The notes beneath the pieces are model-generated. The model ran no database searches, was not told the DNA's origin, and saw nothing but the letters and a program-made list of their open reading frames with translations. This document shows positions 47,134 to 57,656 of a stretch of DNA of 57,656 bases, piece after piece; within the stretch, counting starts at the first letter, position 1; every line of letters begins with the position of its first letter. The DNA is from Rubrivivax sp. Its GTDB lineage: Bacteria; Pseudomonadota; Gammaproteobacteria; Burkholderiales; Burkholderiaceae_C. The stretch covers positions 1 to 57,656 of the forward strand of contig JADLIA010000021.1 in NCBI GenBank assembly GCA_020848515.1, read 5' to 3'. The position numbers and the translations under genes are program-made.

Positions 47134-47607
47134 ATGCAAGGCCACCCCGAAGTCATCGATTGCCTCAAGGCGCTGCTGCGCGGCGAACTGACCGCGCGCG
47201 ATCAGTACTTTCTGCATTCCCGCATCTATGAAGACCAGGGCCTGGTGCGCCTGTACGAGCGCATGGACCACGAAATGCAGGAGGAAACCCAGCACGCCGA
47301 CGCCATCCTGCGCCGCATCCTGCTGCTGGGCGGGCAGCCCGACATGCGGCCCAGGGAGCTCAACCCCGGCGTCGACGTGCCCGACATGCTGCGCAAGGAC
47401 CTGGCGGCCGAGTACCAGGTGCGCGACAACCTGCGCCAGGCCATCGCCCTGTGCGACCGCCTGCACGATTACGTCAGCCGCGACCTGCTGCTGGCGCAGC
47501 TGCGCGACACCGAGCAAGACCACGCCTACTGGCTGGAAAAGCAGATCGGCCTGATCGAGCAGATCGGGTTGCAGAACTACCTGCAGAGCCAGGCCCGAGT
47601 CGACTGA
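47134..47607 (+). CDS. bfr: Bacterioferritin-family protein, FtnA/BfrA type (Thr at heme-ligand position 52)
   Basis: [34 protein letters not shown]. Confidence 0.92.
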   Translation: MQGHPEVIDCLKALLRGELTARDQYFLHSRIYEDQGLVRLYERMDHEMQEETQHADAILRRILLLGGQPDMRPRELNPGVDVPDMLRKDLAAEYQVRDNLRQAIALCDRLHDYVSRDLLLAQLRDTEQDHAYWLEKQIGLIEQIGLQNYLQSQARVD

Positions 47608-47657
47608 GAGCGCGCCACCGACGCCTCGCCCCACGATCCGAATCAAAACAGCTTCCA

Positions 47658-47698
47658 GCGCTTGATGGGCAAGCGCCAGAAGCTATACTTTTGATAGC
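47658..47698 (+). repeat. Dispersed 41-bp motif copy 14 (intergenic, abuts ilvD stop)
   Basis: gaatcaaaacagcttcca GCGC ttgatgggcaa GCGC cagaa GCTA tacttttga TAGC. Confidence 0.92.
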
Positions 47699-49558
47699 TC
47701 AATCGAGCAGCGACAGGTCGCGCACCGCCCCTTTGTCGGCGCTGGTCACCAGTTTGGCGTAGGCCCTGAGCGCGGCCGACACCTTGCGCCGGCGCGCTGC
47801 AGCGGGCTTCCAGCCCAGCGCCTCCTGGGCAGCGCGGCGACGCGCAAGCTCCTCGTCGCTCACCAGCACGTCGATGCGGCGGTTCGGGATGTCGATGCGG
47901 ATGCGGTCGCCGTTTTGCACCAGGCCGATGGCGCCACCGGCCGCGGCCTCGGGCGAGCAATGGCCTATCGACAGGCCCGAGGTGCCGCCCGAGAAGCGCC
48001 CGTCGGTCAGGAGCGCGCAGGCCTTGCCCAGGCCCTTGCTCTTGATGTAGCTCGTCGGGTAGAGCATTTCCTGCATGCCGGGGCCGCCCTTGGGGCCTTC
48101 GTAGCGCACGATGACCACGTCGCCCGCCTTGACCTGGTCGCCCAGGATGTGCTCGACGGCCTCGTCCTGGCTCTCGACCACATGGGCCGGACCCTCGAAC
48201 ACCAGAATGGATTCGTCGACGCCCGCGGTCTTGACCACGCAGCCGTCGAGGGCGATGTTGCCGCGCAGCACCGCCAGGCCGCCTTCCTGGCTGAAGGCGT
48301 GGTCGCAGGAGCGGATGCAGCCGCCCGCGCGGTCCAGGTCCAGGCTGGGCCAGCGCGCGTCCTGGCTGAAGGCCACCTGCGTGGGCACGCCGCCGGGGCC
48401 GGCCTTGAAGAAGTGGTGCACCGCCGCATCCTGGGTGCGCAGCACGTCCCACTGCGCCAGCGCCTGCCCCAGGGTGGGGGCATGCACCGTCGGCACGTCG
48501 GTGTGCAGCTTGCCGGCGCGCTCCAGCTCACCCAGGATGGCAAAGATGCCACCGGCACGGTGCACGTCCTCGACGTGGTATTTGTCGGTGTTGGGCGCCA
48601 CCTTGCACAGCTGTGGCACGACGCGCGAGAGGCGGTCGATGTCCTGCATGGTGAAGGCGATCTCGGCCTCCTGGGCGATGGCCAGCAGGTGCAGGATGGT
48701 GTTGGTCGAGCCGCCCATGGCGATATCGAGCGTCATGGCGTTCTCGAAGGCCTTGAAGCCCACCGAGCGCGGCAGGATACGCTCGTCGCCGCCCTCGTAG
48801 TACTGGCGCGCCAACTCCACGATGCGCCGGCCGGCGCGCCTGAACAGCTGCTCGCGGTCGGCATGCGTGGCCACCACCGTGCCGTTGCCGGGAAGGGACA
48901 GGCCGAGCGCCTCGGTCAAACAGTTCATGGAGTTGGCGGTGAACATGCCCGAGCACGAGCCGCAGGTCGGGCAGGCGCTGCGCTCGACCTCGGCCACGTC
49001 GGCGTCGCTGGCCTTGTCGTCGGCGGCCATGACCATGGCGTCGATCAGGTCGAGCTTCTTGGTGATGGTCACCGTCGCCTGGCCGGGCACGGCAAGCCTG
49101 GCCTTGCCGGCCTCCATCGGGCCGCCGGAGACGAAGATCACGGGGATATTGAGCCGCATCGCGGCCATGAGCATGCCGGGGGTGATCTTGTCGCAGTTGC
49201 TGATGCAGACCATGGCGTCGGCGCAATGCGCGTTGACCATGTATTCCACGCTGTCGGCAATCACGTCGCGGCTGGGCAGCGAGTACAGCATGCCGTCATG
49301 GCCCATGGCGATGCCGTCGTCCACGGCGATGGTGTTGAACTCCTTGGCCACGCCGCCGGCGGCCTCGATCTCGCGCGCGACCAGCTGGCCCAGGTCCTTC
49401 AGGTGCACATGGCCGGGCACGAACTGGGTAAAGGAGTTGACCACCGCGATGATGGGCTTTTTAAAATCGGCGTCCTTCATGCCGGTGGCGCGCCACAGGG
49501 CGCGGGCACCGGCCATGTTGCGGCCATGGGTGGATGTCTTGGAACGGTATGCGGGCAT
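47699..49558 (-). CDS. ilvD: Dihydroxy-acid dehydratase, long E. coli-like type
   Basis: [46 protein letters not shown]. Confidence 0.97.
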   Translation of the reverse strand: MPAYRSKTSTHGRNMAGARALWRATGMKDADFKKPIIAVVNSFTQFVPGHVHLKDLGQLVAREIEAAGGVAKEFNTIAVDDGIAMGHDGMLYSLPSRDVIADSVEYMVNAHCADAMVCISNCDKITPGMLMAAMRLNIPVIFVSGGPMEAGKARLAVPGQATVTITKKLDLIDAMVMAADDKASDADVAEVERSACPTCGSCSGMFTANSMNCLTEALGLSLPGNGTVVATHADREQLFRRAGRRIVELARQYYEGGDERILPRSVGFKAFENAMTLDIAMGGSTNTILHLLAIAQEAEIAFTMQDIDRLSRVVPQLCKVAPNTDKYHVEDVHRAGGIFAILGELERAGKLHTDVPTVHAPTLGQALAQWDVLRTQDAAVHHFFKAGPGGVPTQVAFSQDARWPSLDLDRAGGCIRSCDHAFSQEGGLAVLRGNIALDGCVVKTAGVDESILVFEGPAHVVESQDEAVEHILGDQVKAGDVVIVRYEGPKGGPGMQEMLYPTSYIKSKGLGKACALLTDGRFSGGTSGLSIGHCSPEAAAGGAIGLVQNGDRIRIDIPNRRIDVLVSDEELARRRAAQEALGWKPAAARRRKVSAALRAYAKLVTSADKGAVRDLSLLD

Positions 49559-49802
49559 CGTGGGTAGGTGAAAAATGGGCAAGAGGAATTCTGTGGCCCG
49601 TGCGCTTGGGGGCCGGTCCGCACCGCAGCACAGGGCCTCTTGGGCTTCTTGGGCCTGTTGGGCCGGTTTGCGGGCAAACCAATTGATTATGTCGCAGCGC
49701 TGCAATCCTTACCCGCGCCGGGTGCGCCGGCGCGCGCACTGGACAGGCGGGGCGCAGGCGCCCACACTTGGCCCCATCACCGCATTGCGCGAGGACTGCA
49801 GC

Positions 49803-51518
49803 ATGACCGATTCCGCGCCCCTGAACCGCCGCTCGGCCCACATCACCCAGGGCAAGGCGCGCGCGCCCAACCGCTCCATGTATTACGGCATGGGCTACAC
49901 CGAGGCCGACTTCGACAAGCCCATGGTCGGCGTGGCCAACGGCCACAGCACCATCACGCCCTGCAACAGCGGCCTGCAGAAGCTGGCCGATGCGGCCGTC
50001 GAGGGCATACGCGAGGCGGGCGGCAACGCCCAGACCTTTGGCACGCCCACGATCAGCGACGGCATGGCCATGGGCACCGAGGGCATGAAGTACAGCCTGG
50101 TGAGCCGCGAGGTGATTGCCGACTGTGTCGAGACCTGCGTGCAGGGCCAGTGGATGGACGGCTGCGTGGTCATAGGCGGCTGCGACAAGAACATGCCCGG
50201 CGGCATGATGGGCATGCTGCGCGCCAACGTGCCCAGCATCTATGTCTATGGCGGCACCATAGAGCCCGGCTGCCTGCATGGCTGCGACCTGAACATCGTG
50301 AGCGTGTTCGAGGCCGTGGGCGAGAACGCCGCGGGCAAGATCAGCGACAAGGAATTGAAGGACATCGAGCAGCACGCCATCCCCGGCACGGGTTCGTGCG
50401 GCGGCATGTACACGGCCAACACCATGTCCTCGGCCTTCGAGGCCCTGGGCATGAGCCTGCCCTACTCCTCCACCATGGCCAATCCGCACCAGGAAAAGGT
50501 CGATTCCGCACGCGAGTCGGCCAGGGTGCTCATAGAGGCCATACGCCGCGACCTCAAACCCCGCGACATCGTCACGCGCCAGTCCATCGAGAACGCCGTG
50601 GCCGTGATCATGGCCGTGGGCGGCTCCACGAACGCCGTGCTGCACTTTCTGGCCATCGCCCACGCGGCGGGCGTCGAATGGTCCATCGACGACTTCGAGC
50701 GCATGCGCCAGAAGGTGCCCGTGTTCTGCGACCTCAAGCCCAGCGGCAAATACCTGGCCGTGGATCTGCACAGGGCCGGCGGCATTCCCCAGGTCATGAA
50801 GATGCTGCTGAACGCCGGCCTCTTGCATGGCGACTGCATGACCATCACCGGCAAGACCATTGCCGAGACCCTCAAGGACGTGCCCGACGAGCCGCGGGCC
50901 GACCAGGACGTGATCCACCCCATCACAAAGCCGCTCTATGCGCAGGGGCACCTCGCCATCCTCAAGGGCAACCTGAGTCCCGAGGGTGCCGTGGCCAAGA
51001 TCACCGGCCTCAAGAACCCGGTCATCACCGGCCCGGCGCGCGTGTTCGACGACGAGCAGTCGGCCCTTGCCGCCATCCTGTCGGGCAAGATCAAGGCCGG
51101 CGACGTGATGGTGCTGCGCTACCTCGGCCCCAAGGGTGGGCCCGGCATGCCCGAGATGTTGGCACCCACGAGTGCACTCATCGGCGAGGGCCTGGGCGAG
51201 AGCGTGGGCCTGATCACCGACGGGCGCTTTTCCGGCGGCACCTGGGGCATGGTCGTGGGCCATGTGGCGCCCGAGGCCTTTGTCGGCGGCACCATCGCCC
51301 TGGTGCACGAGGGCGACAGCATCACCATGGACGCCCACCGGCTGCTGCTGCAGCTGAACGTGAGCGACGAGGAACTGGCGCGCCGCCGCGCCGGCTGGAC
51401 GCCCCCCGCGCCGCGTTACACGCGTGGCGTGCAGGCCAAGTTTGCCTTCAACGCGGCGAGCGCCAGCAAGGGAGCGGTGCTGGACGATTTCCAGAGCCCG
51501 CCGCCAATGCGCCGATAG
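49803..51518 (+). CDS. ilvD: Dihydroxy-acid dehydratase, short PCN-motif ([2Fe-2S]) type
   Basis: [35 protein letters not shown]. Confidence 0.95.
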   Translation: MTDSAPLNRRSAHITQGKARAPNRSMYYGMGYTEADFDKPMVGVANGHSTITPCNSGLQKLADAAVEGIREAGGNAQTFGTPTISDGMAMGTEGMKYSLVSREVIADCVETCVQGQWMDGCVVIGGCDKNMPGGMMGMLRANVPSIYVYGGTIEPGCLHGCDLNIVSVFEAVGENAAGKISDKELKDIEQHAIPGTGSCGGMYTANTMSSAFEALGMSLPYSSTMANPHQEKVDSARESARVLIEAIRRDLKPRDIVTRQSIENAVAVIMAVGGSTNAVLHFLAIAHAAGVEWSIDDFERMRQKVPVFCDLKPSGKYLAVDLHRAGGIPQVMKMLLNAGLLHGDCMTITGKTIAETLKDVPDEPRADQDVIHPITKPLYAQGHLAILKGNLSPEGAVAKITGLKNPVITGPARVFDDEQSALAAILSGKIKAGDVMVLRYLGPKGGPGMPEMLAPTSALIGEGLGESVGLITDGRFSGGTWGMVVGHVAPEAFVGGTIALVHEGDSITMDAHRLLLQLNVSDEELARRRAGWTPPAPRYTRGVQAKFAFNAASASKGAVLDDFQSPPPMRR

Positions 51519-51558
51519 CTATCATTCAAATAGCTGCCGACGCTTTCCTGGTGGGCGG
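51518..51558 (-). repeat. Dispersed 41-bp motif copy 15 (intergenic, overlaps last base of ilvD stop)
   Basis: Minus strand: CCGC ccaccaggaaa GCGT cggca GCTA tttgaatga TAGC. Confidence 0.85.
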
Positions 51559-51582
51559 CAGAGGCCAAATGAGCATAGATGT

Positions 51583-51837
51583 TCAGCGGCGGCGCGGCGG
51601 CGCGGCCTTGGGCTTCTGACCAATCGCCGCGCGCTGGCGGTTGATGCGGTCGAGCTTGCGCTGATCCTCGCGCTCCATCGCCTTGCGCTTGGTGTAGCCC
51701 GACCAGTCGGCCCAGGTCCACCACAGCGCCGCACCGGCAAACGGCGACAGCACCCACCACCAGGACCAGGCAGCCACCGGCCCGAGTTCCTGCCATTTCA
51801 TCAGCAACAGAATGATTCCCAAACCCAGCAGATACAT
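51583..51837 (-). CDS. Small Trp-rich membrane protein (TIGR04438-like)
   Basis: MYLLGLGIILLLMKW…WSWWWVLSPF…WWTWADWSGYTKRKAM; AAGGA RBS. Confidence 0.85.
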   Translation of the reverse strand: MYLLGLGIILLLMKWQELGPVAAWSWWWVLSPFAGAALWWTWADWSGYTKRKAMEREDQRKLDRINRQRAAIGQKPKAAPPRRR

Positions 51838-51944
51838 GGTTTTCCTTGATGTGTTCCAGGTTTCATCGGTGCCCGGCGTCAACCGGAAACTTTACAATCG
51901 CGTTCACTCACTGTAGCGCAACCACCCTCGATGGAGATATGACG

Positions 51945-52256
51945 ATGAAGCGTGTTCTGCTCACTTTTGCCGCTTTGACCGCTGTGACGGTGTCGGCGCC
52001 TGCCCTGGCCGACGAAGCCATGGCCAAGGCCAAGAACTGCATGGCCTGCCACGCCACCGACAAGAAGCTGGTCGGCCCCTCCTACAAGGACGTGGCCAAG
52101 AAGTACGCCAGTGACGCCAAGGCCGTGGATACCCTGGCTGCCAAGATCATCAAGGGCGGCTCGGGCGTGTGGGGCGCGGTGCCCATGCCTCCCAACGCCA
52201 ACGTGAACGACGCCGAGGCCAAGAAGCTGGCCGCCTGGGTCATGTCGCTGAAGTAA
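51945..52256 (+). CDS. Cytochrome c551/c552 (class I monoheme)
   Basis: Signal peptide, CMACH, KLVGP, GVWGAVPMPPN; GGAG RBS. Confidence 0.95.
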   Translation: MKRVLLTFAALTAVTVSAPALADEAMAKAKNCMACHATDKKLVGPSYKDVAKKYASDAKAVDTLAAKIIKGGSGVWGAVPMPPNANVNDAEAKKLAAWVMSLK

Positions 52257-52275
52257 TCACGCGACATCCCGCAAC

Positions 52276-52309
52276 AAAAAGCCCGCCTGATTCAGGCGGG
52301 CTTTTTTTT
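52276..52309. terminator. Bidirectional Rho-independent terminator
   Basis: AAAAA-GCCCGCCTGA-T-TCAGGCGGGC-TTTTTTTT between convergent cytochrome c and acs. Confidence 0.92.
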
Positions 52310-52360
52310 GTGCCTGGGGCCGAGCGGCGGCCCGCGGGGCCGCCGTCGAGCAGCTCAGGA

Positions 52361-54343
<1,983 letters not shown>

Positions 54344-54520
54344 GTGCCTTGTCTCCTGGATAAGAGGGGGAAAGTTGAACACACCCGTCCCGCGCTGGCG
54401 GGACAGACGGTTTCATCATCCGGTCAGGCTCTTACAAAGCACTGACTCTGGGCGGGCCCGGGCAGCCGGGGCTACGGCGCTTGGGGCGCCCGTCGATCTT
54501 GGGAATGAAATTCGGTTCCA

Positions 54521-54561
54521 GCGCATACGTGGCAAGCGCCGCTAGCTATGTTTGTAATAGC
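54521..54561 (+). repeat. Dispersed 41-bp motif copy 16 (intergenic)
   Basis: gaatgaaattcggttcca GCGC atacgtggcaa GCGC cgcta GCTA tgtttgtaa TAGC. Confidence 0.92.
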
Positions 54562-54567
54562 ATTCGA

Positions 54568-55962
54568 TCACACCATGTCCTGCGGCCGGACCCAGGCGTC
54601 GAACTGCGCCGCACTCAGCCAGCCGGTGGCCAGGGCCGCCTCGCGCAGGCTCAGGCCCTCCTGGTGCGCGCGCTTGGCGATTTGCGCCGCCTTGTCGTAG
54701 CCGATGTGGGGATTGAGCGCCGTCACCAGCATCAGCGAGCGCTGCACCAGCTCGTCGATGCGCGCGCGGTTGGGCTCGATGCCCACCGCGCAGTGGTCGT
54801 TGAAGCTGTTCATGCCGTCGGCCAGCAGCCTTGCGCTCTGCAGAAAGGCGTGGGCGATCATGGGGCGAAACACGTTCAGCTCGAAATGGCCCGACGCACC
54901 GCCGATGCTGATGGCCACGTCGTTGCCCATGACCTGCGCGCACAGCATGGTCAGGGCCTCGCACTGGGTCGGGTTGACCTTGCCCGGCATGATGGATGAG
55001 CCGGGCTCGTTCTCGGGGATGCTGATCTCGCCCAGGCCGCTGCGCGGGCCGCTGGCCAGCCAGCGCACGTCGTTGGCGATCTTCGTCAGGCTGGCGGCCA
55101 GGCCCTTGAGCATGCCGTGCGCCTGCACCAGGGCGTCGCAGCTGGCCAGGGCCTCGAACTTGTTGGGCGCGGTCACGAAGGGCAGCCCGGTCAGGCGCGC
55201 CAGCTCCTGCGCCACCGCCTCGGCGTAGCCTTCGGGCGCGTTCAGACCGGTGCCGACGGCCGTGCCGCCCAGCGCCAGTTCGTGCAGATGCGGCAGCGCC
55301 GCGCGCACATGGCGCCCGGCATGGGCCAGCTGCGCCACCCAGCCCGACAGCTCCTGACCGAGCGTGAGCGGTGTGGCGTCCTGCAGGTGGGTGCGGCCGA
55401 TCTTGACGATGTCGGCAAAGTCGCGCGACTTGCCCGCCAGCGTGGCGCGCAGGCGCGTCAGGGCGGGCAGCAACCGCCGCTCGATCGCCTCGGCCGCAGC
55501 CACGTGCATGGCGGTCGGGAAGGCGTCGTTGCTGGACTGGCTGCGGTTGACGTGGTCGTTCGGATGCACCAGGCGCTGCTCGCCGCGCGGGCCGCCCAGC
55601 AGCTCGCTGGCGCGGTTGGCCAGCACCTCGTTGAGGTTCATGTTGGTCTGCGTGCCGGAGCCGGTCTGCCAGACCACCAGCGGGAATTCGTCGTCATGCC
55701 GGCCAGCCAGCACTTCGTCGGCAGCACGCACGATGGCGCCCGCCAGCGTCGCATCGAGCTGACCCAGGCGCTGGTTGACCACCGCCGCCGCCCGCTTGAC
55801 CTGGGTCAGCGCGTGAATGAGCTCGCGTGGCTGGCGTTCACCGCTGATGGCGAAGTGGCGCAGCGAGCGCTGCGTCTGCGCCCCCCACAGGCGCTCGGCG
55901 GGCACCTCGATCGGGCCAAAGCTGTCACGCTCCACGCGCGTGGTCTTGTCAGCATCGCTCAT
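54568..55962 (-). CDS. fumC: Class II fumarate hydratase
   Basis: [32 protein letters not shown]. Confidence 0.97.
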   Translation of the reverse strand: MSDADKTTRVERDSFGPIEVPAERLWGAQTQRSLRHFAISGERQPRELIHALTQVKRAAAVVNQRLGQLDATLAGAIVRAADEVLAGRHDDEFPLVVWQTGSGTQTNMNLNEVLANRASELLGGPRGEQRLVHPNDHVNRSQSSNDAFPTAMHVAAAEAIERRLLPALTRLRATLAGKSRDFADIVKIGRTHLQDATPLTLGQELSGWVAQLAHAGRHVRAALPHLHELALGGTAVGTGLNAPEGYAEAVAQELARLTGLPFVTAPNKFEALASCDALVQAHGMLKGLAASLTKIANDVRWLASGPRSGLGEISIPENEPGSSIMPGKVNPTQCEALTMLCAQVMGNDVAISIGGASGHFELNVFRPMIAHAFLQSARLLADGMNSFNDHCAVGIEPNRARIDELVQRSLMLVTALNPHIGYDKAAQIAKRAHQEGLSLREAALATGWLSAAQFDAWVRPQDMV

Positions 55963-56074
55963 GGGTCGGCCTGTCAAAATACGCGGATACGGTGCACGGT
56001 AGCAGAACGGCAATGCCCCTGTGGCAATTGCCGACGTGCCCATGCGTATTCCAGACTTCTCCGAGGATGCCCCC

Positions 56075-57634
56075 ATGACCACGATCATCAAACAAGGCGA
56101 CCTGATCGAATCCATCGCCGCCGCATTGCAGTACATCAGCTACTACCACCCCGCCGACTACATCCAGCACCTGGCGCGCGCCTATGAGCGCGAGCAAAGC
56201 CCCGCGGCCAAGGACGCGATGGCACAGATCCTCACCAACAGCAAGATGAGCGCCACGGGCCATCGTCCGATCTGCCAGGACACGGGCATCGTCAACGTGT
56301 TCCTGAAGATCGGCATGAACGTGCGCTTTGAGGGCTTTGCCGCCGACCAGAGCCTGGAGGACGCCGTCAACGAAGGCGTGCGCCGCGGCTACAACCACCC
56401 GGACAACACGCTGCGCGCCAGCGTGGTGGCCGACCCGCTGTTCGCACGCAAGAACACCCGCGACAACACCCCCGCCGTCATCAATGTGCAGATCGTGCCG
56501 GGCGACAAGCTCGACGTGACCGTGGCCGCCAAGGGCGGCGGCAGCGAGAACAAGTCCAAGATGGTCATGATGAACCCGAGCGACAACCTGGTCGACTGGG
56601 TCTTGAAGACCGTGCCCACCATGGGCGCGGGCTGGTGCCCGCCGGGCATGCTGGGCATAGGCATCGGCGGCACGGCGGAAAAGGCCGTGCTGCTGGCCAA
56701 GGAAAGCCTGATGGAAGACCTGAACATGTACGAGCTGCAGGCCAAGGCCGCGCGCGGCGAGAAGCTCGACCAGGTCGAGGAGCTGCGCCTGGAGCTCTAC
56801 GAGAAGGTCAACGCGCTGGGCATTGGCGCCCAGGGCCTGGGCGGCCTGTCCACCGTGCTGGACGTGAAGATCAAGATGTACCCCACGCATGCCGCGAGCA
56901 AGCCCGTGGCCATGATCCCCAACTGCGCGGCCACGCGCCACGCGCATTTCGTCATGGACGGCAGCGGCCCCGTGTACCTGGAGGCCCCGAGCCTTCAGCT
57001 ATGGCCCAAGATCGACTGGGCGCCGGACTACACCCAGTCCAAGCGCGTTCAACTCGACACCCTGACCAAGGAAGAAGTTGCGAGCTGGAAACCCGGCGAC
57101 CGCCTGCTCTTGAACGGCAAGATGCTCACCGGCCGCGACGCCGCGCACAAGCGCATCCAGGACATGCTGGCCAAGGGCGAGAAGCTGCCCGTGGACTTCA
57201 CCAACCGCGTGATCTACTACGTCGGCCCCGTGGACCCGGTGCGTGACGAGGTCGTCGGCCCCGCCGGCCCCACCACGGCCACGCGCATGGACAAGTTCAC
57301 GCGCATGATGCTCGAGCAGACCGGCCTGATCGCCATGATCGGCAAGTCCGAGCGCGGCCCGGTCGCCATCGAGGCCATCAAGGACAACCAGAGCGCCTAC
57401 CTCATGGCCGTGGGCGGCGCCGCCTACCTCGTGAGCAAGGCCATCAAGCAGGCCAGGGTGGTCGGCTTTGAAGACCTGGGCATGGAAGCCATCTACGAGT
57501 TCGACGTGGTGGACATGCCCGTTACCGTAGCCGTGGACGCGGGCGGCACCAGCGCCCACATCACCGGCCCGGCCGAATGGCAAAAGCGCATCGCCGCGGG
57601 CGAGTTCAAGGGCATCGAGGTCGCGGCCGGCTGA
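56075..57634 (+). CDS. fumA: Class I (Fe-S) fumarate hydratase
   Basis: [41 protein letters not shown]. Confidence 0.93.
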   Translation: MTTIIKQGDLIESIAAALQYISYYHPADYIQHLARAYEREQSPAAKDAMAQILTNSKMSATGHRPICQDTGIVNVFLKIGMNVRFEGFAADQSLEDAVNEGVRRGYNHPDNTLRASVVADPLFARKNTRDNTPAVINVQIVPGDKLDVTVAAKGGGSENKSKMVMMNPSDNLVDWVLKTVPTMGAGWCPPGMLGIGIGGTAEKAVLLAKESLMEDLNMYELQAKAARGEKLDQVEELRLELYEKVNALGIGAQGLGGLSTVLDVKIKMYPTHAASKPVAMIPNCAATRHAHFVMDGSGPVYLEAPSLQLWPKIDWAPDYTQSKRVQLDTLTKEEVASWKPGDRLLLNGKMLTGRDAAHKRIQDMLAKGEKLPVDFTNRVIYYVGPVDPVRDEVVGPAGPTTATRMDKFTRMMLEQTGLIAMIGKSERGPVAIEAIKDNQSAYLMAVGGAAYLVSKAIKQARVVGFEDLGMEAIYEFDVVDMPVTVAVDAGGTSAHITGPAEWQKRIAAGEFKGIEVAAG

Positions 57635-57656
57635 CGCCGGCCCGCCGGGCCGGGGC

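Overview
High-GC betaproteobacterial chromosome segment; gene order and protein sequences look Comamonadaceae-like (inference). It is mostly core metabolism: hrcA(5' end)/nadK-recN-rapZ, a metY-type lyase, aroC, a convergent two-component pair, trpS cluster, LysR plus a small secreted protein, a two-subunit NAD-dependent formate dehydrogenase with fdhD, bfr plus a Fur-boxed TonB receptor and PKHD hydroxylase, cobB-recR-ybaB-dnaX-ffs, a cbb3 oxidase cluster (ccoI,S,N,O,Q,P,G,H), a malonate cluster, lgt, a second ferritin-family gene, two divergent ilvD genes, cytochrome c, acs and divergent fumC/fumA. No transposase, integrase, prophage, CRISPR array, tRNA or rRNA was seen. The main unexplained signal is a dispersed motif with a 41-bp core of fixed geometry, GCGC-N11-GCGC-N5-GCTA-N9-TAGC, usually with a 5' A-tract tail (about 65 bp overall). 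I found it 16 times (8 per strand). Seven copies lie inside intact genes and one overlaps a start codon; in recN it appears written into conserved protein sequence rather than inserted. Other points: a second palindromic element in frame in the FDH flavoprotein, an OmpA-like domain fused to CcoP, an A9 slippage site in dnaX with stops in both shifted frames, and many apparently leaderless genes. All counts were made by eye.
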